Shown here: one piece after another, positions 52,729 to 64,000 of the stretch
How positions within the stretch are numbered: the stretch's first letter is position 1
How the letters are laid out: every line of letters starts with the position of its first letter
Source of the DNA: Eledone cirrhosa
Taxonomy: Eukaryota
DNA length: 64,000 bases
Reading direction: 5' to 3'
Assembly (NCBI GenBank): GCA_964016885.1
Contig: OZ024742.1
Location: 343,914,001 to 343,978,000 of the forward strand
Translations under genes and position numbers: made by a program
The notes under the pieces: model-generated
Database searches by the model: none
Seen by the model: the letters and a program-made list of their open reading frames with translations, nothing else
What the model was told of the DNA's origin: nothing

Positions 52729-53289
52729 GGAGAGACAGAAGGGAGAGAAAAAGAGAGAGGAAGAAAGAGGGAGAGAAAGAGAAAGAGAGAGAGAGAGAGA
52801 GGGAGGAAAAGAGAAAGGGAGAGAGAAAGAAAGGGAGAGAGAGAGAGACGTACAAGCACTGGGCTGGTACTTTATTTATCGACACCAGAAGAATGAAAGT
52901 CAACACTGGATCTGGGCAAGACTTGATATCACGGCACAGAGATGTTTCCAGCACCCAACGTTCTAACGACTCTGCCACACTAAAACACATACAGACACAC
53001 ACAGAGACACACGCACAACACACACAGACACACAGAGAATACACAGAGACACACAGACAAAACCACACAGACACACAGAAAAAAAATCATACAGACACAC
53101 ACACACAACGCAGACACACGCAAAAATGTACACACACCTCTAATACAAACACACATACACTTACACACAACTATCACACAAACACACAGCTATAATACAA
53201 TACACAACATACACAATCGCACTCAATGACCGGTGTTGGCAGAAAGAGGCAGTAGGTAGTATTAGCTACATCTCCGCCATTTACCATGT

Positions 53290-53770
53290 ATTGGCCGAAT
53301 GGTTAAGAAGTGGACTTCACAACCTGAAGGTCCCAGATTTGATCCCACTGCTTGGTGTATTCAACAAAGTGACATTTACCATAGCTCCGTATCGATCCAA
53401 TCCTTATCAGTGACATTTGTGTAGACGGAAACTCTGTGGAAGTCCGTCAGATGGATTGTAACTATAATTCCAAGTGTCAGTGTTGTCACCCTCAATCTTC
53501 TTGGCAGTTACATTAAGTCCTGTGAAAGTCCAGCCGGTACTTTGTTCCGAGGCCAAAGAGCTAAGAAACCCCCACAGCACCAATGCAACATCCATTTTTA
53601 GCAAAATCTTTGCCTGATTCGGGCCTCAAAGGGGTCTTGTACCGTCTTGCAAAATTTCTCTTGGATGCCCTGTAAAAGGTACACGAGTCTGTGGAATGCT
53701 TAGGCTGCTCCGATGATTAAACAGCTGCGGTACTCATCGTCGAAACCGACGGAGGTCCATTCCATTCCAC
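53290..53770 (+). mobile_element. Diverged tRNA-derived SINE(s) resembling octopus OR-type CORE SINEs
   Basis: TGGCCGAATGGTTAAGAAG...GATCCCACTG...GTAGACGGAAACT...GAAGTCCGTC. Confidence 0.55.
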
Positions 53771-53774
53771 CGGG

Positions 53775-53945
53775 AATAATTGGTTCTACTTTTGGCACAA
53801 AGCCAGCAATTATCACAGTGCATTACTGGTACTTTATTTTATCAACCCCGTAAGGATGAAAGGCAAAGTTAACCTCGGCGGGTTTTGAACTCAGGCGTAA
53901 AGGGCCGTAACTCTTCGCCCGACTCCTCTACCGATACTGCCAATG
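53775..53945 (-). mobile_element. tRNA-derived SINE
   Basis: Main family on the minus strand. Confidence 0.85.
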
Positions 53946-54175
53946 TGGGCGTGAAAGAAACCAATAAAGGATAGTCATTAAAATAAAGGCAATGACAAAT
54001 AGAAGAGAAATGATTCTTGAAAGTTCAGTTCAGCTTTGAAAGGTCAGATTTTGAGAGGAAAATACTTTCGATAATTGTTGCTGTAATAAAAATTAAATCT
54101 ATAAACTTGAAAACTATATACATAGTTTTAAAATGATTTGCTGATATACACACTCATCCACACACATTTACACAG

Positions 54176-54238
<63 letters not shown>

Positions 54239-54404
54239 CATATATATGCAAGCATCTATCTACGTACATACATACGTACAGGTATACATCTATATGCATA
54301 CACACTCTAATACTATGTTGGATGGAGTTAGCTATTTGCTGGATGCTTTCCATGGTGTTTTTCTCTAATTTCTGACTGTTCTCTAGTGGGGGTGTTTTTA
54401 CTAC

Positions 54405-57400
54405 GCACACAACACACACAAAAACAATATGGCGTAGGACAGAACAAAGGAAAGGCACAAAACAAAGAAAAGAATCCCGAGTCACTGAAGAGTTCACAGA
54501 ATGTGTGACGAAAGAACTTTGACAATATATGAACAACCGTCCGGTTGTGGAACCAACCAACCGGAAATTTATAAATTTTTAAATGTATAATTTAATTTAT
54601 AATAAATTGGAGTGAAAGCAGCTGGTGCGTGTGTTTCTTATTGGCAACATGACCCTCCCAAAGTATAATAATATCGGTTTCAACACACATTCTCACATAA
54701 AGAATCTTGCTAAACAAATTCAGAAACGAAATATCGTAAGCCTTAGCCAAGCTAACAATATACTGAAAACCACCATATTCTGTTGTCTAAGGAAATCAAT
54801 AACATCTCGACATAAAAGTATGTGCCTCATCCCGAGTTTACACCAACACCATCAACACCGATAAAAGAAGATTACAACTTACCAAAAAAGAAAAAAAAAA
54901 AATCAAGCAGATAGGCTAAAACGAACACTAATTCTAAACATAAAAAAAGAAGATTTACAGAGAATTAAGTCATCAAGAAAAACATAAGTGTAACCTAATA
55001 CAAGAAATAAGATCACCACACCAAGAGAAAAATTAGAATACATAAACATTATACACGAAGAAGAAATGTACATCATCCAAGAATGTAGCAAACACTGTAA
55101 CAAAAAATTAACGTCGCTCAAACAGATGAAACTAAACCAAGAAACTTCAGAGAATAGAGATAAATATCCAGATAGGATTGATGGTATAAACATGGCCGAC
55201 ATACCATTAACGGACGAATTCAACAACAACAACACAAATATATACGGCAAAACTACAGTGGACCCTAATGAACTAACGGTATTACAGCTACCACCTAAAT
55301 ATGCAACATATAATAAGGTAAATAGGATGAGATGCTTGTCAGAAATAGAAAAATCATTTACAAAATAACGTTGGAACCTCAAAAACAACAACAACAAAAA
55401 CAAAAACAAAAGCAACAACACGAACAATACATGCACACACACACACAACGTACATCCCAACAACAACATACACACAGACACAAACAACGATAATAACAAC
55501 ATACACAGAGACAACAACAATAATAACAACAACAACAACAGACACACAGACACAAAGAACGATAACAACAACAACGCACACAACAATAATAACATACACA
55601 GAGACAACAACAACATACACACAGACACAAACAACAATAACAACAACAACACACACAACAATAATAACAACATACGCAGAGACAACAACAATAACAAAAA
55701 CAACAACAAACATCAACAACAACACACATCTACAACAACGCACATCAACAACAACAACACACACACATGCATCCTATGCCTCTCACCACCACCACAATCT
55801 TAACAGACACACAGACATAGAAAACAGATAATGACAGTAACACAGGGGTAAGGGACGGTAATGGGATTGAAAGAAGAAGCGGGACTATCGACACCGACAG
55901 AGAAAATAACCAGGACGAACACACAGACACACTAAATAGAGTAGATAATAACAATGAGCCAGAGGAAAGAGACAGGAGTAATAATGAGAGACATAGAAAC
56001 AACCACGAGGCTGTTGGTGGAAATAGAAATAAAAATAGAAACAACACAACTAACAATAGCAATAGAACACACAACGCAGCAGTCTGGAATTCTACTTTTT
56101 ATAGCCCTTCCGATATGTCCTTCGACTTACGACGAGTCCACGCCACGACTTTAGCTTTTAACAAACGCACGCAATTGCCGTGGCAGGTCGATGAACAAAC
56201 CGAAGCACAATTTAATATAGCTAGATCTAAACTTAGAAATATTATAGAACAGTATAGCAAGAATCAAAATAAAATGGAGGCCCAGCAACTGGGAGAAAAA
56301 TCTTCAAATGGCTTGCGTAAGCTCATGCAGCGCTCACGTAATGGAGAGATTGCATGCTTTCCAGCAGACAAGTCTGGCAGAATGTCGGTTGACAGTCTGT
56401 CAAACTACATCCAGGTAATGCAAATCCACATCACTAACACAAGAGAAGTAACACTACAAGAGCATGAGGATAGGGAGAAAACCCTCAACGTTCATATGAT
56501 GATGTGGACAAACATAATGCAACCCAATAAACGGACTGCCAACAACTTCCAGGCCTGGAACGATGACGGGCCCGCGTTCTATGGGCTTCGAAAAGATCAT
56601 AAGACGAACAGTGACCCAGTCACAGGACGACCAATACGGCCAGTCTGTGGAGCTAACATTGCTAGTAACTACAGACTTTCCTACTTCCTCTCCCTGATCG
56701 TACGCCCCATCATTGAAATGTCCCCGGATATAGGTGACAGTACAGAGGACCTCCTCAGCAGAATCAGTGAAAATAACCGATCTAGGGACCTAACATACTG
56801 TATAATAGGTAGTATGGATGTAGTGTCCCTATACCCGTCCATTGACGTGGATTTTGCTGTGAAGAAATGCGTAGAAATGATCAGTGAGAGCAATGTTGAA
56901 TTCCGTGGGATTGATACCAGTGAGCTGGGACTCCTACTTAAACTTACCTATAGTAATGACTATCTAGATACGTTTGACCTTAGCAAACTCTGCCCCACAA
57001 GGCCAGCAAGAGGCAGACCACCTACCATTACCTCAATGGCCAAGAAAACCCACACAGAAAGATGGAACGGGTGGACCAGAGACATACGGACCCCCGAAAA
57101 CCATGATGATGTAAAGAAAATGATTGCACATGCGGGGGGGGGGGCAGTATAAAACTAACCCTTAAGGAACATATGTTCAAATTTAATGGAAAATCATATG
57201 CCTCAGAGGAGGGAGCAGCCATTGGTGTTAGCATTGCAGGTGACATAGCTAACCTATTCATGGTATGGTGAGACAATAAACTTAAAGAACAATTAGAAGA
57301 CAGCAACCTCTTAACCCTGATAATGTACTCTCGCTACGTTGATGATAGAAACATCGTAGTAAAAAGAGCCCAACTAGAGAACAGTCAGAAATTAGAGAAA

Positions 57401-58919
57401 AACACCATGGAAAGCATCTAGCAAATAGTTAACTACATCCACCAGAGTATTAGAGATACTATAGACTACCCAAGCAAACACCCCAACCATCGATTACCTG
57501 TACTAGACATAGAGCTCTGGTTATAAACCATTAATAACAAAAAGCAATTCCTTCATTTCCATTATGCCAAACTCATGACTTCCAAATATCTGCTCCAGCG
57601 AAACTCAGCTGTTTCGGATCATACCAAAATCAACGCACTGATTGCGGATTTAGTACGGGTGATGAGAAACGTGTCCCGCATGTGCAACCCCAAAGAACTA
57701 GAGAGAGACATACAACACTTCATCCACCGTATGCAGTTCTATGGTTACAATCAGAGAGATAAAATCAGAGTATATAGAGGAGCCAGAACCAAATGGAAAA
57801 AATGGTAAATAATGATACAAATGGGACCTGCCCCTTGTATAGGAGCACATTTTGGAATAGAATAGAAAGAACTAGGAATAAGGTTAATAGAATAAACTCA
57901 TGATATGACAGCAATAAATACCAGAGTGTAATGTTCATCAAAACAACCCCTAGAGCTGAACTAGCTTACAAATTTAGAAGGGCCCTAGATAAACTTAAAC
58001 TAAATATTAAGAAAGTAGAAAGACCATGTTCCTCCATAAAAACACTTATTAGTAATACATACCATTTTCAAAGACCTCACTGTATAGATAAGAAATGCAT
58101 AATCTGTAAACTAAGCCCCGATAGTAATTGCAAATCTAGAAACATAGTATATAGCATAAGATGTACTGAAGGACAATGTAAAGATAAGAATATAGTGTAC
58201 ATAGGTGAGACAGCTCGTAGTATAGGAGAACGATTAAATGAACACTGGCGAGAGCTTCAAGATAGAAAAGAATTATCAGTACTCCACCAACATGCTAAAA
58301 TAGAAAATAAGGGCAACTTAGAGAACATAGAAATAAAAATAAAATCTACACACAGAAAAGACGCAATGTTTAGACAAATCACAGAAGCAATAAAAATAAA
58401 TGAACTCCAACCAAAATTAAATAGAAAACATGAATGGAATAGCAACATCACAACTTACAATTAAGGACAAAATGAAAACACACACTCATAGAACAAACAA
58501 CCAACTAGTAACATGCAAATAAACAAATAAATAAACAAATAAAAACACACACAGACACCCGGATGTAATATATGCACAAACTAAGCACACAACGCACACA
58601 AAAACAAGATGGCGTAGGACAGAACAAAGGAGAGGCACAAAACAAAGAAAAGAATCCCCAGTCACTGAAGAGGTCACAGAATGTGTGACGAAAGAACTTT
58701 GGCAATATATGAACAACCGTGCGGTTGTGGAACCAACCAACCAACCGGAAATGTATAGATTTTTTAATTTATAATTTAATTTAATAATAAATTGGAGTGA
58801 AAGCAATTGGTGCGTGTGTTTCTTATTGGCAACAAGACCCTGCCAAAGTATAACAATATGGGTTTCAAACACACGTTTTCAGATAAGAATCTTGCTAAAC
58901 AAATTCAGAAACGAAATAT
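54405..58919 (+). mobile_element. Full-length but degenerate Penelope-like element (Naiad-like) with direct pLTRs at 54405-54734 and 58585-58919
   Basis: ADKSG, FYGLRKDHK, RPVCGA, SMDVVSLYPSI, insert ...GRPPTIT...W, GAAIG, RYVDD, LPVLD, PLYR, C-x4-CxxC, NIVY...YIGET.R...R..EH...E...LN; multiple stops; ACA-rich low-complexity insert at 55380-56080. Confidence 0.9.
54481..54523 (+). ncRNA. Minimal hammerhead in the 5' pLTR (second copy at 58661-58703)
   Basis: GUCA CUGAAGA G (U/G)UCACA gaaug UGUGAC GAAA G aa C UU UGAC. Confidence 0.75.
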
Positions 58920-58924
58920 ATACG

Positions 58925-59004
<80 letters not shown>

Positions 59005-59011
59005 TGTGTGC

Positions 59012-59095
<84 letters not shown>

Positions 59096-59097
<2 letters not shown>

Positions 59098-59299
59098 CGA
59101 AGAAGTTGTGGTAAGGAACCAGATGGACCCTAACGCACCAGCGTACTCAATACTTAGGGTAGTAGAGTGCTTAATGGGAAAAAGTATGACCCCAACGGCA
59201 GAGTTCAAGCCGTTTCGACGGCTATTTCTGGACTAAAGGCTTTAGTCCAGAAATAGCCGTCGAAATGGCTTGAGCTCTGCCGTCGGGGTCATACTTTCT

Positions 59300-59302
<3 letters not shown>
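59096..59302. mobile_element. Family X fold-back insertion in (TA)n, palindrome centred at 59239
   Basis: Arms ~59177-59238 and 59240-59301 are reverse complements; the left arm extends ~80 bp further. Confidence 0.85.
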
Positions 59303-59359
<57 letters not shown>

Positions 59360-59367
<8 letters not shown>

Positions 59368-61036
59368 CAAATAACGAAACGAAATTAAATTTCGTTTCGT
59401 TTGTAACTCACTTTTGTATGACTGACGCTTAAACAATTAAGTTAAAAATGTACATCTACATATGCATACTGAAATACTAGTGTGCATATGAATACACACA
59501 CGTATACATATGTAGGTGTAACAAGTCTTTCACTGGTTGCTTTACTGTGAGCAACCCAGCTATTCTGTATGTAAACACACAGACAAACCGGTTTTTAGAG
59601 TCATACTAGTTTTCGAGGGAACACCTTCCCTCTATTCTCCAGAAAGCCAGACAAGGAATATTGAACTAGTTTCGTTGTTGTTACAACTCATCAGCAATAT
59701 TTACCTATCTACCGGCCCTTCTGGAGAATTGTAAAAGCACATATCGTTATATGCTTTTTCTATGAAAATTAGTAGTGGGCAGACCAATTTGCATAGAGTG
59801 TGAGTACGCACCGGTTCAGCGGAGACGATAAAAACAAATAACGAAACGGAATTAAATTTCGTTTCGTTTGTAACTCACCTTTGTATGACTGACGCTTAAA
59901 CAATTAAGTTAAAAATGTACATCTACATATGCATACTGAAATACTAGTGTGCATATGAATACACACACGTATACATATGTAGGTGTAACAAGTCTTTCAC
60001 TGGTTGCTTTACTGTGAGCAACCCAGCTATTCTGTATGTAAACACACAGACAAACCGGTTTTTAGAGTCATACTGGTTTTCGAGGGAACACCTTCCCTCT
60101 ATTCTCCAGAAAGCCAGACAAGGAATAGTGAACTAGTTTCGTTGTTGTTACAACTCATCAGCAATATTTACCTATCTACCGGCCCTTCTGGAGAATTGTA
60201 AAAGCACATATCGTTATATGCTTTTTCTATGAAAATTAGTAGTGGGCAGACCAATTTGCATAGAGTGTGAGTACGCACCGGTTCAGCGGAGACGATAAAA
60301 ACAAATAACGAAACGAAATTAAATTTCGTTTCGTTTGTAACTCACTTTTGTATGACTGACGCTTAAACAATTAAGTTAAAAATGTACATCTACATATGCA
60401 TACTGAAATACTAGTGTGCATATGAATACACACACGTATACATATGTAGGTGTAACAAGTCTTTCACTGGTTGCTTTACTGTTACACCTACATATGTATA
60501 CGTGTGTGTATTCATATGCACACTAGTATTTCAGTATGCATATGTAGATGTACATTTTTAACTTAATTGTTTAAGCGTCAGTCATACAAAAGTGAGTTAC
60601 AAACGAAACGAAATTTAATTTCGTTTCGTTATTTGTTTTTATCGTCTCCGCTGAACCGGTGCGTACTCACACTCTATGCAAATTGGTCTGCCCACTACTA
60701 ATTTTCATAGAAAAAGCATATAACGATATGTGCTTTTACAATTCTCCAGAAGGGCCGGTAGATCGGTAAATATTGCTGATGAGTTGTAACAACAACGAAA
60801 CTAGTTCAATATTCCTTGTCTGGCTTTCTGGAGAATAGAGGGAAGGTGTTCCCTCGAAAACCAGTATGACTCTAAAAACCGGTTTGTCTGTGTGTTTACA
60901 TACAGAATAGCTGGGTTGCTCACAGTAAAGCAACCAGTGAAAGACTTGTTACACCTACATATGTATACGTGTGTGTATTCATATGCACACTAGTATTTCA
61001 GTATGCATATGTAGATGTACATTTTTAACTTAATTG

Positions 61037-61038
<2 letters not shown>
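59360..61038. mobile_element. 467-bp hammerhead repeat, locus 2: 2.4 tandem units (59360-60482) head-to-head with 1.2 inverted units (60480-61038)
   Basis: Period 467 (units start near 59360, 59827, 60294); hammerheads at 59657-59701 (-), 60124-60168 (-) and 60769-60813 (+); (TA)n on both sides. Confidence 0.93.
60769..60813 (+). ncRNA. Minimal type I hammerhead ribozyme
   Basis: AAUAUUG CUGAUGA GUUG uaacaa CAAC GAAA CUAG UU CAAUAUU; predicted cleavage after 60806. Confidence 0.92.
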
Positions 61039-61120
<82 letters not shown>

Positions 61121-61137
61121 ATATATATATACCACAT

Positions 61138-61172
<35 letters not shown>

Positions 61173-61429
61173 CGTGTGAAACTACGCATACCTGGTGTGT
61201 TTTTTCCGTTACCTTTACCCATGTTTGTTTTCTAGTGTTTCTTGATATTTGCAACCTATCATATGTGATGACCCTGTCATACACATGTCCCACACATACT
61301 CATGCTAGCATCCCCCCCCCCCACACACACACACTCATATATAAAGACATGCTCACGAAAGAACCAACATAGAAATACATATACACACGTGCACACGCAT
61401 ATATAAACACATGTGTGTACACACATGTA

Positions 61430-62245
61430 GAAATACACACACAGCTATCATACAAAGACACACACACAAAAACACTCACAGATACACACACAAATGCAGA
61501 CAGAAATACGGCTGTAAAAGAGACATACATACACACACACACAAAAACACACTAATACAAGCACACACACATATAAACAAACACAGAAGCATAGACACAA
61601 CTATCATACAAACACACACGCACAGCAACAATAGAAAAATACACACACACACACACAGAAAGAAACATGGTCACTAATTATCACACACACACACACACAG
61701 CTATAATACAAACTCACACACACACACACAGAAATATACACAGACATTATCACACAAACACACACACACACATATACAGAGACTCTCACCGCACCCCCCG
61801 CACAGCTTTAATACAATGGCTCACATACAAACACACACGCACACACACACACACAGACAGCTATAATACAATGACACGCACAAACACACACACACAAACA
61901 CACGCACAAACACGCACACAGCTATAATACAATGACACACGCACAAACACACACACACACACAACTATAATACAATGACACGCACAAACACCCACACATA
62001 CAGCTATAATACAATGACACACAAACATACACACACACATACACACAGCTATAATACAATGAAGCACACAAACATACAAACACACAGCTATAATACAATC
62101 ACACACACATACAGTTATAATACGATGACGCCCGCACAAACACACACACAGAGCTATAATACAATGACACACGCACAAACTCAGACACACACACAGCTAT
62201 AATACAATGACACACACACACAGCTGTAATACAATGACACATACA
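61430..62245 (+). repeat. Minisatellite: CAGCTATAATACAATGAC core with variable CA-rich spacers (related tract at ~52980-53220)
   Basis: About a dozen core copies. Confidence 0.9.
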
Positions 62246-62907
62246 GTGACACTAAAGCCAGCCACGATTGAATTGATTAACAATAAATAAATCGAGAAAC
62301 AGTAAAACTAAAATAAAACTAACATGGCGGAATCATATACATTCTGTTGACTTTTTCTTTGTTTTTATGATTGTAATACGGAAAAATTAAAAAAACTATT
62401 TTAATAAGATATACTTTATTTGTAAAATGAGAAGAAAACGAATGAAATTACAATTCATATTTATTGGGTGTTTACTTGATGTATATTCTATTATTGTTGA
62501 TATTTTATTTTATGAATTCATTTCATTTCGTTTGTATGCTGCGAAAAAAAAAACGAAAAAGTAAATAATATAAAAATCAAATAAGCTAACGATTTGAATA
62601 CAAGAGGAAAAACTGCATGTGATATACTAAACATGAGTTAGAATATTTTCAATATAGAAAATAAAAGTCTGTTAGATTGTGAATATCAATTAAGTGAGAG
62701 ACGGAGTAGCACTCTGGTGATGGGAAATGGTGAACAACACCATCCATACTTTACAACATACTCCCACCACAACTCATTCTGTTAAACTGTAGAGGAGAAT
62801 TTGAAAAAATGGAATATGAAATATGTTGTTATATTATATTAGATGATTGCGTTAGACATACACTTACACACACAAATATATATATATGCAAACGCATGCA
62901 TATATAA

Positions 62908-62997
<90 letters not shown>

Positions 62998-63404
62998 CGG
63001 TTCCAATCGGGGTTAACCACAGTTAGTAAGGTACTCAATACATTAGTAGAGTGTAAACATTAGTAGAGTGTAAACGACAGATTCCCCTGAGAAGGTCGTG
63101 GGGACAGAGTCCCCACGACCCTCTCAGGGGAATATGTCGGCAAAGAAGAAGAAAAGAAGAAGCTACGCACCTTTATGTGTTTTGGTACCAAGTGTGCTTT
63201 GATTCACAGAAACGTCGATAATTAAGCTGTAAATCCTTTTTATTCTACTTTTATTCATCTGATGTTCATTTGGGATTCTACTTATTGATATGGAATTATG
63301 GATTACAGTTGTAATTTATGCACTTCGCAAGTAGAATCTGGGTAATAGCCGACTTCATAAATTTCACCTTAAAAGACTACAACTTTTACACGAGTATATA
63401 TATA

Positions 63405-63578
63405 TATTGTCAGGGAACGTCTTCACGAACCAAACTATCGTCTTCCTGTTTTCCTTCGGTTGCAACGTTTTTTGAAATGTTTACTTCTGTGTTCACAGAT
63501 TGATTTTTTTTAGATTCAGAAGATCCCGTTATGGGTGAAAGCAGCGATTCTTTGCTTAAATTTTAATATGTTATTTTA

Positions 63579-63580
<2 letters not shown>
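63405..63580 (+). mobile_element. pLTR fragment of the Hydra-like PLE family
   Basis: Reverse complement of 39472-39650; flanked by (TA)n. Confidence 0.8.
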
Positions 63581-63609
<29 letters not shown>

Positions 63610-63727
63610 AATGGAAGTTCAGTAAAATCGAAGTTTTGGCTGTGGCCAAGCTAACGATATACAATCCGGAAAGTACAGCAAAGCACTCGATAAGGTTGTA
63701 CCTTAGTATATATATATATGTATGTAT

Positions 63728-64000
63728 GTATGTAAAAGGTAAACAGAAATAACAACGCAATCGGTACAGTATATGGAAGGGATATATTAGGTTAACGCTT
63801 GATACAGCAGGAAGAGGGTCTTAACGTTTCGGACGCTAGTCCTTCATCAGAAGAAAGAATGAGAAATAAGATAGATTGAGGGGACGGGTGGGTTAAAATT
63901 GGACTAGTGAGAAGAAGAAATAGACGGGTGAGAAGAAGAAGGTGGTGTAAGAAGATTGTAGTAGAGGAAAAGTGGTAGAAGTCGTAGAATATTTAAATGC
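63728..64000 (-). mobile_element. PLE 3' end/pLTR with intact minimal hammerhead at 63819-63854 (-)
   Basis: Minus strand UCUU CUGAUGA A GGAC uagc GUCC GAAA CG UU AAGA; homologous to 46880-47070. Confidence 0.82.

Noticed and set aside
57260-57280. Selenocysteine UGA in the Naiad-like RT
   Set aside because: The TGA sits at a probable Trp (TGG>TGA) in a copy with many other lesions.
59537-59734. Recurrent 65-aa ORF in the 467-bp repeat
   Set aside because: TTG start, no motif, antisense to the ribozyme; recurrence simply reflects repeat identity.
61690-62245. CRISPR-like repeat-spacer pattern
   Set aside because: Spacers are low-complexity and of uneven length, there are no cas genes, and the context is eukaryotic.

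Overview
Repeat-saturated, gene-free-looking eukaryotic DNA. The SINE families suggest an octopod cephalopod (inference). No host exon could be supported, and almost all short ORFs in the track are microsatellite artefacts. Main contents: (1) a 24-kb head-to-tail stack (7.4-31.7 kb) of seven L1/Tx1-clade LINE insertions from about four subfamilies, each separated by (ATCT)n, including one copy with an intact ORF2. In these elements the ORF1 stop lies inside a perfect splice donor (AG|GTAAGT), the ORF2 stop forms a splice-acceptor-like TAG|GT, and the 3'UTR shows covarying hairpins. (2) R4/Dong-type RLE LINE pieces, two of them stacked in (ACAT)n. (3) Several Penelope-like elements (Neptune-, Naiad- and Hydra-like), nearly all in head-to-head inverted configuration with ends at (TA)n-type tracts. 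(4) At least seven repeat families carrying type I hammerhead ribozyme motifs. Four of these have the compensatory U3-A8 core (UUGANAA), and one is a non-coding 467-bp tandem 'retrozyme'-like repeat whose stem II covaries between two loci. (5) Many tRNA-derived SINEs, a solo LTR, CR1/RTE remnants and micro/minisatellites. Boundaries of old repeats are approximate.
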